A stretch of DNA of 64,000 nt from Longimicrobiales bacterium (GTDB lineage Bacteria > Gemmatimonadota > Gemmatimonadetes > Longimicrobiales > Gaopeijiaceae). The notes under the pieces were generated by a model. It saw nothing but the letters and a program-made list of their open reading frames with translations, had not been told where the DNA came from and did not search any database. Positions 39,601 through 48,797 of the stretch are shown piece by piece. Positions within the stretch are counted from its first letter, which is position 1; each line of letters starts with the position of its first letter. The stretch spans positions 1,152,001-1,216,000 of the forward strand of contig OZ241892.1 of the NCBI GenBank assembly GCA_965203485.1, in the 5' to 3' direction. The translations under genes were made by a program, and so were the position numbers.

Positions 39601-42600
39601 TTTGGGGATCGGTGCGCAGACGCGGAGCGCTGCGCAGTGCGACGCGGTAACGAGCGGCAACATCGTGGTGTTCTGCTATACGGTGGTTGCGGCGGACGCG
39701 GACACGACGGGAATCAGCATCGGAGCGAACGCTTTGACGTTGCCGGGCGGCGCGACGATTCGAGCGGCGGGGGCGGCGACGGACGCTCGGCTGTCGTTGG
39801 CGCAGTGGAGCTTCGCGGACGCGGTGGAGTACCAGGTGGACGGGACGAAGGAGGTGGCGCCTGGCGTGGCGGGGGTGGCGATCACGAGCGCGCCGGCGAG
39901 CGACAGCACGTACGGACGCACGGAGGCGATCGAGGTGGAGGTGGAGTTCGAGCGTGCGGTGGCGGTGACGGGCACGCCGCAGCTGGCCTTGGGGATCGAC
40001 ACGCTGACGCGTCAGGCGGGCTACGCGAGCGGGAGCGGTACGCGGACGCTGGTGTTCCGTTACGTGGTGGCGGCGGCTGACGCGGACACGAGCGGGATCA
40101 GCGTGGGCGCGAGCGCGTTGGCTCTGAACGGCGGGACGATTGTGCTTTCGGGCGGCACGGCGGCGGCGGCGTTGGGTTTGGGCAGCCATGCGGTCGCGAA
40201 CGCTCGTTCGCACAAGGTGGACGGGAGCCTGGGATCGCCGGGCGTGACGGGGTTGTCGATCGGTTCGCCTGCGGTGGGCGACGTGTTCGAGCGCGGCGAG
40301 ACGATCGAGGTGTCGGTGGTGTTCCACCGCGCGGTGGACGTGGGGGGCACGCCGCAACTGGCGCTGGGCATCGGGAGCGCGACCAGGCAGGCGGAGTACG
40401 CGAGCGGGACGGGGACGGACACGCTGGTGTTCGGGTACGTGGTGGCGGTCGGCGACGCTGACGCGGACGGGTTGAGCATTGCGGCGGGCGCGTTGACGTT
40501 GAACGGCGGGACGATCCGGCTGGCCGGCGGGACGCTGGACGCGACGCTGGACTTGGGGTCGCACGCGGTTGCGAACAGCGCGGGGCACAAGGTGACGGGC
40601 GCGTTCGTGGCGTCGGCGGTGAGCGGCGTGACGGTGTCGAGCGCGCCAGCGAGCGCGAGCACGTACGAGCTGGGCGAGTCTATCGAGGTGAAGGTGGCGT
40701 TCACGCGCGACGTGGCGGTGACGGGGACGCCGCGACTGGCCTTGGGGATCGGTACGGTCACGCGCCAAGCGGACTACGATTCGGGTTCGAGCAGTGCGGA
40801 CACGCTGGTGTTCGGGTACGCGGTCCGGCCTGCGGACGCGGACGCGGACGGATTGAGCATTGCGGCGGGCGCGCTGGGGTTGAACGGCGGTACGATCGAC
40901 GACGCTCGTCCGGGCATCGGCGCTGCGAGCCTGGATTTGGGGTCGAACGCGATAGCGAACGCTGCGGCGCACAAGGTGAACGGCGGGTTGGGCCCGCCTG
41001 GGGTGACGGGGTTGGCGGTGGCGCCGCCGCCGGCGGGCGCGGTGTTCGAGCGCGGCGACACGATTGTTGCGACGGTGCGGTTCAACAAGGCGGTGGACGT
41101 GACGGGCACGCCGCAGCTGGCGCTGGGGATCGGGGCGCAGACGCGGCAGGCGGCGTATGCGAGCGGGACGGGCACGGCGGCGCTGGTGTTCCGGTACGTG
41201 GTGGCGACGGCGGACGTGGACTTGGACGGGTTGAGCGTTGGCGCGAGCGCACTGGCGCTGAACAGCGGCACGATCGACGTGTCGGGCGGGACGACGGACG
41301 CGTTGCTGAGCTTGGAGCGCCATGCGTTCGAGAACTTCCTGGTGGTGAACGGCGGGCTGTTCACGGCGTCGTCGGTGAGCGGCGTGTCGATATCGAGCAG
41401 TCCAGCGAGCGACAGCACGTACGGTCGCACGGAGCGGATCGAGGTCGAGGTGACGTTCGCCCGCGCGGTGGCGGTGACGGGCACGCCGCAGCTGGCGTTG
41501 ACGATCGGCGACTCGACGCGCCAGGCGAGCTACGCGAGCGGGAGCGGCACGAAGACGCTGGCGTTCGGCTACGTGGTGGTGGCTGCGGACGCGGACGCGA
41601 ACGGTTTGAGCATCGGGCCGGCCGCGCTGGCGTTGAACGGCGGTGCGATCGACGACGCGCGCGACGCGAGCGAGGCTGCGGGCCTGGGTCTGGGGAGCCA
41701 TGCGATATCGAACGCTTTGGCGCACAAGGTGAACGGGAGCCTGGGCCCGCCCGGCGTGACGGGCGTGACGCTCGGCTCGCCGCCGGTGGGCACGACGTTC
41801 GAGCGGGGCGACACGATCGTGGCGACGCTGGCGTTCAACCGGGCGGTGGCGGTGACGGGCGCGCCGCAGCTGGCGCTGGGGATCGGGAGCGCGACGAAGC
41901 AGGCGGTCTACGCGAGCGGGAGCGGCACGTCGTCGCTCGAGTTCCGGTACGTGGTGGTGACGGCGGACGTGGACGCCGACGGGTTGAGCGTCGCGACGAC
42001 GGCGCTGGGATTGAACGGCGGTACGGTTCGGCTGGCGGGCGGGACGCTGGACGCGACTTTGGGGTTGGGCACGCACGCGATATCGAACAGCGCGGGCCAC
42101 AAGGTTGCGGGCGGGACGTTCACGGCGTCTGGCGTGACGGGGGTGGCGGTCGCGAGCAGTCCTGCGAGCGGCGCGACGTACGGGTTGGGCGAGCGGATCG
42201 AGGTTCGGGTGACGTTTGCGCGCGCTGTGGCGGTGACGGGCACGCCGCAGCTGGCGCTGTCGTTCGGCGCTGCGACGCGGCAGGCGGACTACGCGGGCGG
42301 CACGGGCACGCCGCAGCTGGCGTTCGGCTACGTGGTCGTCGCGGGCGACGCCGACTCCGACGGGCTCAGCATCGGCGCGAGCGCTTTGGCGCTGAACGGC
42401 GGCGGGATCGCGGACGGTCGCGACGGTTCGACGGCGGCGGCGCTGGGCCTGGGTTCGAGCGCGGTCACGGACGCTGGGGGCCACCGCGTGGACGCGACGC
42501 GCGGCCCGCCGGGGGTGATGGGCGTGACGATCGGGTCGCCGCAGGTGGGCGACACGTTCGAGCGCGGCGACACGGTCGAGGTCGAGGTCGAGTTCAACAA

Positions 42601-45600
42601 GCCGGTGGCGGTGACGGGCGCGCCGCAGCTGGCGCTGGGCATCGGCGCTGCGACGAAGCAGGCGGGCTACGCGGGCGGGAGCGGGACGGCTGCGCTGGCG
42701 TTCCGGTACGTGGTCGTGTCCGCCGACGCGGACGCCGACGGGCTCAGCGTCGCGGCGGGCGCTTTGGCGCTGAACGGCGGGACGATCAAGGTGTCGGGCG
42801 GCACGGCGGACGCTTTGCTGGGCCTGGGCGCGCACGCGGTGGCGAACAGCGGGGGCCACAAGGTTGCGGGCGGGACGTTCACGGCGTCGTCGCCGAGCGC
42901 GGCGTCGGTGACGAGCGCGCCGGCGAGCGGCGACACGTACGGGTTGGGCGAGCGCATCGAGGTACGGGTGACGTTCGCTCGCCCGGTCGTCGTGACGGGC
43001 GCGCCGCAGCTGGCGCTGGGCATCGGCGCGGCGACGAAGCAGGCGGGCTACGCGGGCGGCAGCGGGACGCGCGCGCTGGTGTTCGGCTACGTGGTCGCGT
43101 CTGCGGACGCGGACGCCGACGGGATCAGCGTGGGCGCGAGCGCGCTGTCGTTGAACGGCGGCGCGATAGCCGACGCGCGCGACGGGTCGACGGCTGCCGG
43201 GCTGGGCCTGGGCTCGAGCGCGATTGCGAACGCTGGCGCGCACAAGGTGGACGGCAGCGTCGAGGGCGCGCCGGCGGTTGCGGGCGCTCGGCTGGCGAGC
43301 GCGCCGTCGGGCGGCGGGTCGTACGGACTGGGCGAGGAGATACGGGTGGCGGTGCGCTTCGACCGCGCGGTGGCGGTGACGGGCACGCCCGAGCTGGCGC
43401 TGGGCATCGGCGCCGCGACGCGGCAGGCGGGCTACGCGAGCGGGAGCGGCACGTCCGAGCTCGAGTTCGCGTACGTGGTTCAGGCGGCGGACGCCGACAG
43501 GGACGGGATCAGCGTTGGCGCGGGCGCGTTGTCGCTGAGCGGCGGGACGCTGGTGGTCGCGGGCGGCACGGCGGCGGCGGTTCTGTCGCTGGGGAGCCAC
43601 GCGATAGTGAACGCGAGCGGCCACGCCGTCGCCGGCACGCTCGAGGCGGCGCCGGTCGTGACGGGCGCGCGGCTGGTATCGTCGCCTGCGAACGGGAGCG
43701 CTTACGGGTTGAGCGAGCGGATCGCCGTCGCGCTGGCGTTCAGCCGTCCGGTCGACGTTGCGGGCGCGCCGCAGCTGGCGCTGGGCATCGGGAGCGCGAC
43801 GCGGCAGGCGGGCTACGCGAGCGGGAGCGGCACGGCCGAGCTGGTGTTCGGCTACGTCGTCGCGGGCGGCGACGCCGACGCCGACGGCGTGAGCGTCGCG
43901 GCGGGCGCGCTGGCCTTGAACGGCGGGACGATCGTGATCGCGGGCGGGCGCGTGGCGGCGGTGCTGTCGCTGGGCACGCACGCGCTGTCGAACGTCGCGG
44001 GCCACCTGGTGGACGGGAGCGTCGAGACGGCGCCTGCCGTGGCGGGCGTGACGCTGGCGAGCGCGCCGATCGGCGGCGGCCGCTACGAGCTGGGCGAGGA
44101 GATCCGCGTGCACGTGCGCTTCGACCGCGCCGTCGCCGTGACGGGCTCGCCGCAGCTGGCGCTGACGATCGGCGCGCAGACGCGCACGGCGCGCTTCGTG
44201 CGCGTCGTCGGCTACGGCGCCGCCGCGCGCGCGGGCTGGGCCGGCGTCGCGGCGGGCTATGCAGGCGCGCGCTGGGCCGGCGGGTCGGCGGGCGGCGCAG
44301 GCGGTTCCGCCGGCGCGTTGGGCGCGACGCAGGGCGCGGCGCTCGAGTTCGCGTACGCCGTTCAGGCGTCGGACGCCGACGCGGACGGGATCAGCGTGGG
44401 CGCGGGCGCGCTGTCGCTGAACGGCGGCGCGATCACGCTGCTGGGCGGCACGGCGGCGGCTGGACTGTCGCTGGGCGGCCACGCGCTGACGAACGTCGGC
44501 GGCCACTTGGTGGACGGCAGCGTCGTGTCGCCGCCTGCGGTCGCGGGCGTCGAGGCGAGCCGTCCGCCGTCGGGCGGCCGGTGGCGCGCCGGCCAGACGA
44601 TCGAGATCGCCGTCGTGTTCGACCGGCCGGTGAGCGTGACGGGCGGCCCGCGCTTGGCGCTGGCGATGGGCACGCGCACGGTGCACGCCGCGCTGGCGTC
44701 GGCGAGCGGGCGGCGCGTCGAGTTCGCGTACGAGGTGCGTCCTCACGACCGCGCGCCGAACGGGATCGCGCTGGCCGCCGGCGCGCTGGACGCGAGCGGC
44801 GCGGCGATCGTGTCGGCCGCCGACGGTTCGACGCCGGCCGCGCTGTCGCTGGGCAGCCATGCGTTCGCAAGCGATCCGACGCGCAGGGTCGAGGGCGGCG
44901 GCGGCGAGCCGGAGCCTGGGCGGCCGCCGAAGTTCTCGGCCGAGTCGTACGCGTTCGAGCTGGCCGAGAACGTCGCGGGCGCCGTCGTCGTGGGCGCCGT
45001 GAGCGCCGTGGACCCGGACGAGGGCGACGAGGTGCGCTACCGGCTGCGCGAGGGCGGCGGCGGGCTGTTCGAGGTGGACGAGACGAGCGGCGAGGTCAGC
45101 TACGTCGGCGCGGGCGAGGACTACGAGGCCGGCCCGCGCGAGCACGCGCTCGTCGTGTCGGCCGCCGACGTCGGCGGCCTGGCGTCGACCGTCCGCGTGA
45201 CGGTGAAGGTGACGAACGCGAACGAGGCGCCGGCGTTCGAGCGGGCGAGCTGGACGTTCGAGCTGGCCGAGAACGCGGCCGGGCCCATAGTGCTGGGCAC
45301 GGTCAGCGCGACCGACCCGGACGAGGGCGAGGCGCTGTCGTACAGCCTGGTCTCGGGCGGCGGCGGGCTGTTCGAGCTGGACGCTGCGAGCGGCGCCGTG
45401 CGCTACGTCGGCGCCGGCGAAGACTACGAGACGGGCCCGCGCGAGCACGCGCTGGCCGTCGCCGTCGCCGACGCGGGCGGGCTGCGCGCGGCGGCCGGCG
45501 TCGTGATAGCCGTCGCCGACGCCGACGAGGCGCCCGTGTTCGAGCGGGCGAGCTGGACGTTCGAGCTGGCCGAGAACGCGGCCGGGCCCGTCGTGCTGGG

Positions 45601-48220
45601 CACGGTGTCGGCGACCGACCCGGACGAGGGCGAGGCGCTGTCGTACGGCCTGGTCTCGGGCGGCGGCGGCCTGTTCGAGCTGGACGCTGCGACCGGCGAG
45701 GTCAGCTACGTGGGCGCCGGCGAGGACTACGAGACGGGCCCGCGCGAGCACGCGCTCGTCGTCGCCGCGACGGGCGCCGACGGCCTCGCCGCGCAGGCGG
45801 CCGTCGTCGTGACGGTCGCCGACGTGAACGAGGCGCCCGTGTTCGAGCAGGCGAGCTGGACGTTCGAGCTGGCCGAGAACGCGGCCGGCCCGCTCGCCGT
45901 CGGCGCCGTCGCCGCCGCCGACGAGGACGAGGGCGACGTGCTGTCGTACAGCCTCGTCTCGGGCGGCGGCGGCCTGTTCGAGCTCGACGCGTCGACCGGC
46001 GAGGTCAGCTACGTGGGCGCCGGCGAGGACTACGAGACGGGCCCGCGCGAGCACGCGCTCGTCGTCGCCGCGACGGACAGGGGCGGCTTGGCGGCGACGG
46101 CGAACGCGACCGTCGTCGTGACCGACGTCAACGAGGCGCCCGAAGCGACGGCGCAGATCGCCGTCCCGGCGCTCGACGCGCACGGCGCGTCCGTGCAGGA
46201 GACGCTGGACGCGTACTTCCGGGACCCGGACGGCGACGCGCTCGCGTACGCCGCCGAGTCGTCCGACACGGCGGTGGCGGCGGCGAGCGTGGCGGGCGGC
46301 GTGCTGACCATCCGGCCGTTCGCTATCGGCACGGCGAGCGTGACCGTGACGGCGACCGATCCCGGCGGGCTGGCCGCCGAGCAGACCGTCGCCGTCGTCG
46401 TCGAGGCGTCGCGCTCCGAGCGAGCGCGCGTGCTCGAGGGCGCGCTGGCCGCGTTCGGACGCTCGCTCGGCGCCGAGGCCGTCGACGTGATCGGCGGCCG
46501 GTTCGGGATCGAATCGGCGGGCGGACTCGGACGCTCGCACCTCCAGCTCGGAGGACGCGCCGTCGGTTGCGGCGGCGGCTTCGCGCAACGGGCGGAGGAC
46601 CCGGTTGGGGCCGCCGGGGCGGCGCAGGCGGGGGCGGGTGCCGAAACGGGCGCTCGAGCGTGCGGCTGGCAGGCGCTGGCGCGCGCCGCGTCCGGCCTGC
46701 TCGGCGTCCAAGTCGCGTTGCCGAGCGTCGGCGGCCTGGGCGGCGCGCAGGCCGCCGCCGCGCTCGACCCGGCCGCGTTGCTGTTCGGCGGCACTGGAGC
46801 AGGCGGATTCGGCGGCCCGGCAGGCGCCGCCGCCCCCGGACTCGGCGTTGCCGGCGACTACCGGGGCCAGCAGGAGCCGGCGGCGCCCGCGCCGGGCGGC
46901 GTGACGCTCAACCCGCTGTCGGGCGGCGACCTGCTCGAGCGCAGCTCGTTCCAGCTCTCGCTCGGCGGCGGCGCGGCCAGCGATCCGGCGGGCGCGTTCG
47001 GCGCGCAGGACGCCGCCGGCCTGCGTCCCGGCTGGACCGTCTGGGGCCGCGCCGGCATGGGCGGCTACGAGGGCCGCCCGGCCGACGGCCTGCGCTTCGG
47101 CGGCGGGCGCGCGCGCTCGGCGCACCTCGGCGCCGACTACCGCTTCGCGTCCGGCCTGCTCGTCGGCGTCGCCGGCGCGCGCAGCAGCTTCGAGACCGAG
47201 TTCGAGAGCGCCGTCAACGGCGCCGGCTCCGTCGCCGCGAGCCTGACCAGCGTGCATCCCTACGTGCACTGGTCGCCCACCGGCGGGCTCGGCCTCTGGG
47301 CCCTCGCAGGCGCCGGAACCGGCGACGCGACGCTCGACGAAACCGCCGGCGGCCGGTTCGGCGCCGACATCGCGATGCTGATGGGCGCGCTCGGCGCGCG
47401 CCGCGAGCTGGCCGGCGGCATCGCGCTCAAGGCCGACGCGTTCTCCGTGCGCGTCCGCTCCGACGACGCGGCCGACCTGGCAGGCGTGACCGCGCGCGCG
47501 CACCGCGTCCGGCTCGCGCCCGAAGTCGCGAAGACCTGGGCGCTCGGCGGCGAAGCGTCGCTGCGCACGCGGCTCGAGCTCGGCGCGCGCCTCGACGCCG
47601 GCGACGCCGAGACCGGCCTCGGCGCCGAGGCCGGCGGCGAAGCGTCGTTCGACCACGCGCCCACCGGCCTGTCCGTCGCGATGCGCGGGCGCGCGCTGCT
47701 CGCGCACCAGGCCGAGGGGCTGCGCGAATGGGGCGCCGGCGTCTCGCTCCGGCTCCAGCCCGGCGGCGACGCCGAGAACGGCCTGTCGCTCTCCGTCGAG
47801 CCGGCATGGGGCGCCGCCACCGGCGCCACCGGCGAACTCTGGCGCCAAGGCCCCGCCGCCATCGGCCCCGCCGCCCAGGCGGCGCACCCGGTTGCGCACC
47901 AGGCCGCGCCGTCCGGCTGGGCGCCCGGACGCATGGCCATGGAGCTCGGCTGGGGCGTCGCGCTCGACAACGGCGCCACGATCACGCCCTTCGGACGCTG
48001 GAGCCAGGACGCCGGCGCCGGCCAGCGCTTCAACGCCGGCGCGCGCTTCTCGCTGCTCGGCCCGTCCGTCCAGTCCGGCACGCGCGCCGCCACGGACGCC
48101 TCCTCGCCCGCCGCCGAGAGCCTGCGCTTCCTCCTCCACCTCTACGGCGAGCACGCCTCCTCGCCGCTCGAACCCCCGCAACGCCGCCTCGGCCTAGCAG
48201 GCGTCGTCCAGCTCAGGTAG
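36668..48220 (+). CDS. Giant autotransporter-type adhesin (~3850 aa)
   Basis: Signal peptide MPVARTALAALGLLAAF...LSA/Q; 21 ~125-aa beta-rich repeats with DxDxDG; 4 cadherin repeats (FELAEN...DPDEG...DYE); one further Ig-like domain; C-terminal barrel (WTVWGR, LGADYR, HPYVHW). Frame is open from 36509. Confidence 0.88.
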   Translation: MPVARTALAALGLLAAFGTTAPVPLSAQSVDSLKIVSSAGSDNTYAAGDTIKIRAYFSAGVDFAQSDGAAVHMTIGTTTRHAQARTGTGTFAEGTPLPGYSNGFSWIEYWYLVQTSDMDADGISVTQMGPNDLDGGVSGLRINESLTGKTITNAAAHKVDGAQGLPQVTGVTISSSTGADSTYYAGDTIAVTVAFDSTVAVTGTPQLALWVGDSTRQANYASGTGSASLVFRYVVASSDMDADGISIGASALSLNSGTIRLGTKNAVLSLSGYTITNPAAHKVQGGTARRTVTGVALASTPVAADSTYGRAERIRVAVVFSGNVDVTGTPQLALTIGTQTRQASYASGTGTDTLVFEYAVVAADTDANGLSIGASALAAPSGATIRNAGTTVGATLSLGSHAVTNAGAHKVNGALIVPRISAVTFLSGAGTDSTYAAGDNINVRVQFDRPVVTPNFLGNMTLNLEIGDNVRAAGWYSKDADDVFFRYTVTRADADADGISIPANAFRNFATPITRVGGTERADLSLGVHAVANAAAHKVDGLQGVPVVAGAGLASVTGSDGTYGVGQRIEVWVKFSEAVDVTGTPQVALGIGAATRQAGYAGGTGTDSLTFRYVVQATDADADGLSIGASALGLNSGTINKAGASVAAELGLGSHAIANAGAHKVAGDRPVVTGVSLNEAPADSTFELSDVVVVTVEFNAAVTVAPTTGASRPRVRVGVGSGLKNAFYARGSGTTALEFEYTVFQADADADGISIGASALETPSGSTIRRMGTTTDAVLGLGAHAITNSAAHKVAGNTRTAPVVKGLRVTSSPVVGDTYLAGEAIEVEVAFVRGVYVAGTPRLALEVGDSTRQAEYNRRDATFTRVTFRYVVQATDADADGISVGAGALAASASDTIADGRLWSDAADLALGSHVFTNAGAHKVSGAVPYVTSVFFMSASNTGISYASTDSVFGLGDEIRVGVGFNAGVTVAGTPRLALGIGAQTRSAAQCDAVTSGNIVVFCYTVVAADADTTGISIGANALTLPGGATIRAAGAATDARLSLAQWSFADAVEYQVDGTKEVAPGVAGVAITSAPASDSTYGRTEAIEVEVEFERAVAVTGTPQLALGIDTLTRQAGYASGSGTRTLVFRYVVAAADADTSGISVGASALALNGGTIVLSGGTAAAALGLGSHAVANARSHKVDGSLGSPGVTGLSIGSPAVGDVFERGETIEVSVVFHRAVDVGGTPQLALGIGSATRQAEYASGTGTDTLVFGYVVAVGDADADGLSIAAGALTLNGGTIRLAGGTLDATLDLGSHAVANSAGHKVTGAFVASAVSGVTVSSAPASASTYELGESIEVKVAFTRDVAVTGTPRLALGIGTVTRQADYDSGSSSADTLVFGYAVRPADADADGLSIAAGALGLNGGTIDDARPGIGAASLDLGSNAIANAAAHKVNGGLGPPGVTGLAVAPPPAGAVFERGDTIVATVRFNKAVDVTGTPQLALGIGAQTRQAAYASGTGTAALVFRYVVATADVDLDGLSVGASALALNSGTIDVSGGTTDALLSLERHAFENFLVVNGGLFTASSVSGVSISSSPASDSTYGRTERIEVEVTFARAVAVTGTPQLALTIGDSTRQASYASGSGTKTLAFGYVVVAADADANGLSIGPAALALNGGAIDDARDASEAAGLGLGSHAISNALAHKVNGSLGPPGVTGVTLGSPPVGTTFERGDTIVATLAFNRAVAVTGAPQLALGIGSATKQAVYASGSGTSSLEFRYVVVTADVDADGLSVATTALGLNGGTVRLAGGTLDATLGLGTHAISNSAGHKVAGGTFTASGVTGVAVASSPASGATYGLGERIEVRVTFARAVAVTGTPQLALSFGAATRQADYAGGTGTPQLAFGYVVVAGDADSDGLSIGASALALNGGGIADGRDGSTAAALGLGSSAVTDAGGHRVDATRGPPGVMGVTIGSPQVGDTFERGDTVEVEVEFNKPVAVTGAPQLALGIGAATKQAGYAGGSGTAALAFRYVVVSADADADGLSVAAGALALNGGTIKVSGGTADALLGLGAHAVANSGGHKVAGGTFTASSPSAASVTSAPASGDTYGLGERIEVRVTFARPVVVTGAPQLALGIGAATKQAGYAGGSGTRALVFGYVVASADADADGISVGASALSLNGGAIADARDGSTAAGLGLGSSAIANAGAHKVDGSVEGAPAVAGARLASAPSGGGSYGLGEEIRVAVRFDRAVAVTGTPELALGIGAATRQAGYASGSGTSELEFAYVVQAADADRDGISVGAGALSLSGGTLVVAGGTAAAVLSLGSHAIVNASGHAVAGTLEAAPVVTGARLVSSPANGSAYGLSERIAVALAFSRPVDVAGAPQLALGIGSATRQAGYASGSGTAELVFGYVVAGGDADADGVSVAAGALALNGGTIVIAGGRVAAVLSLGTHALSNVAGHLVDGSVETAPAVAGVTLASAPIGGGRYELGEEIRVHVRFDRAVAVTGSPQLALTIGAQTRTARFVRVVGYGAAARAGWAGVAAGYAGARWAGGSAGGAGGSAGALGATQGAALEFAYAVQASDADADGISVGAGALSLNGGAITLLGGTAAAGLSLGGHALTNVGGHLVDGSVVSPPAVAGVEASRPPSGGRWRAGQTIEIAVVFDRPVSVTGGPRLALAMGTRTVHAALASASGRRVEFAYEVRPHDRAPNGIALAAGALDASGAAIVSAADGSTPAALSLGSHAFASDPTRRVEGGGGEPEPGRPPKFSAESYAFELAENVAGAVVVGAVSAVDPDEGDEVRYRLREGGGGLFEVDETSGEVSYVGAGEDYEAGPREHALVVSAADVGGLASTVRVTVKVTNANEAPAFERASWTFELAENAAGPIVLGTVSATDPDEGEALSYSLVSGGGGLFELDAASGAVRYVGAGEDYETGPREHALAVAVADAGGLRAAAGVVIAVADADEAPVFERASWTFELAENAAGPVVLGTVSATDPDEGEALSYGLVSGGGGLFELDAATGEVSYVGAGEDYETGPREHALVVAATGADGLAAQAAVVVTVADVNEAPVFEQASWTFELAENAAGPLAVGAVAAADEDEGDVLSYSLVSGGGGLFELDASTGEVSYVGAGEDYETGPREHALVVAATDRGGLAATANATVVVTDVNEAPEATAQIAVPALDAHGASVQETLDAYFRDPDGDALAYAAESSDTAVAAASVAGGVLTIRPFAIGTASVTVTATDPGGLAAEQTVAVVVEASRSERARVLEGALAAFGRSLGAEAVDVIGGRFGIESAGGLGRSHLQLGGRAVGCGGGFAQRAEDPVGAAGAAQAGAGAETGARACGWQALARAASGLLGVQVALPSVGGLGGAQAAAALDPAALLFGGTGAGGFGGPAGAAAPGLGVAGDYRGQQEPAAPAPGGVTLNPLSGGDLLERSSFQLSLGGGAASDPAGAFGAQDAAGLRPGWTVWGRAGMGGYEGRPADGLRFGGGRARSAHLGADYRFASGLLVGVAGARSSFETEFESAVNGAGSVAASLTSVHPYVHWSPTGGLGLWALAGAGTGDATLDETAGGRFGADIAMLMGALGARRELAGGIALKADAFSVRVRSDDAADLAGVTARAHRVRLAPEVAKTWALGGEASLRTRLELGARLDAGDAETGLGAEAGGEASFDHAPTGLSVAMRGRALLAHQAEGLREWGAGVSLRLQPGGDAENGLSLSVEPAWGAATGATGELWRQGPAAIGPAAQAAHPVAHQAAPSGWAPGRMAMELGWGVALDNGATITPFGRWSQDAGAGQRFNAGARFSLLGPSVQSGTRAATDASSPAAESLRFLLHLYGEHASSPLEPPQRRLGLAGVVQLR
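36755..44895 (+). repeat. 21 tandem Ig-like repeats
   Basis: Recurring TY..G..I.V.V.F...V.V.G.PQL.L.IG...R.A.Y..GSG...L.F.Y.V...DADADG...HKV.G; counted by eye. Confidence 0.85.
44925..46140 (+). repeat. 4 tandem cadherin repeats (~303 bp)
   Basis: Near-identical DNA units, e.g. gcgagctggacgttcgagctggccgagaac near 45246, 45549 and 45852. Confidence 0.88.
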
Positions 48221-48238
48221 CCCCCCCCCCCCCCCCCC
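48221..48238. repeat. C18 homopolymer directly after the adhesin stop codon
   Basis: TAG (48218-48220) followed by 18 C. Confidence 0.95.
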
Positions 48239-48245
48239 GGTACGA

Positions 48246-48797
48246 TCAGCCCGATTCGACGACGCTGTCGCTCGCTCGCCCGCTTCCTCCGCGCACTCGC
48301 TCGCCCGCGTCCCGTGGGGCCTCCTGATCGCCCCGCGCCGAGGCCATCACCTTCCAAACCACGTCGCGCACCAGCCTTTCGTCGATATCGGCGGCGCGAG
48401 CCATTTCGGCGGCGCGGCGGGCGACGGCCGCCTCCCGGGCCGGGTCGGTCACCGGGAGGCCTAAGCGGCGCTTGATGCGCCCAATCTTGCGGACCAACGC
48501 CCGTCGCCTGCTGATCGCGTCCACGATGTCTCGGTCGCATGCAAGAACCTCGTCGCGCAAGCGCTCGAGTTCGGCCTGCCCTTCGGAGGGTTCGTCCTCG
48601 CGCGCTCGCCCCGCGGACCGTGGCGTGGCCCGCTTTCCGCCCGTCTCGCCCCCGTCGTGGCGCGACGCAGAGCCTCGCGGTGCAGCACGTTCCCCGCTCG
48701 CCCCACGCTCGTTGGTGCGCGACTGGCCTCCCTCGCGACCCGTCGGCGCGACCGGCGCCCCGTCTCCTTCCGAGACCATGCCGTTCTCGTCAGGCAT
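48246..48797 (-). CDS. Chorismate mutase type II domain protein with low-complexity N-terminus
   Basis: LERLRDEV..CDRDIV..ISRR...IGRIK..LGLPVTDPARE. Confidence 0.8.
   Translation of the reverse strand: MPDENGMVSEGDGAPVAPTGREGGQSRTNERGASGERAAPRGSASRHDGGETGGKRATPRSAGRAREDEPSEGQAELERLRDEVLACDRDIVDAISRRRALVRKIGRIKRRLGLPVTDPAREAAVARRAAEMARAADIDERLVRDVVWKVMASARGDQEAPRDAGERVRGGSGRASDSVVESG

Noticed and set aside
37085..48181. 3698-aa stop-free ORF antisense to the adhesin
   Set aside because: Arg/Ala/His-rich mirror of the repetitive, GC-rich sense codons, with no motifs; long shadow ORFs occur opposite many genes here.
44581..48327. 1248-aa ORF in an alternative plus frame
   Set aside because: Arg-rich off-frame reading of the adhesin; expected at this GC content.
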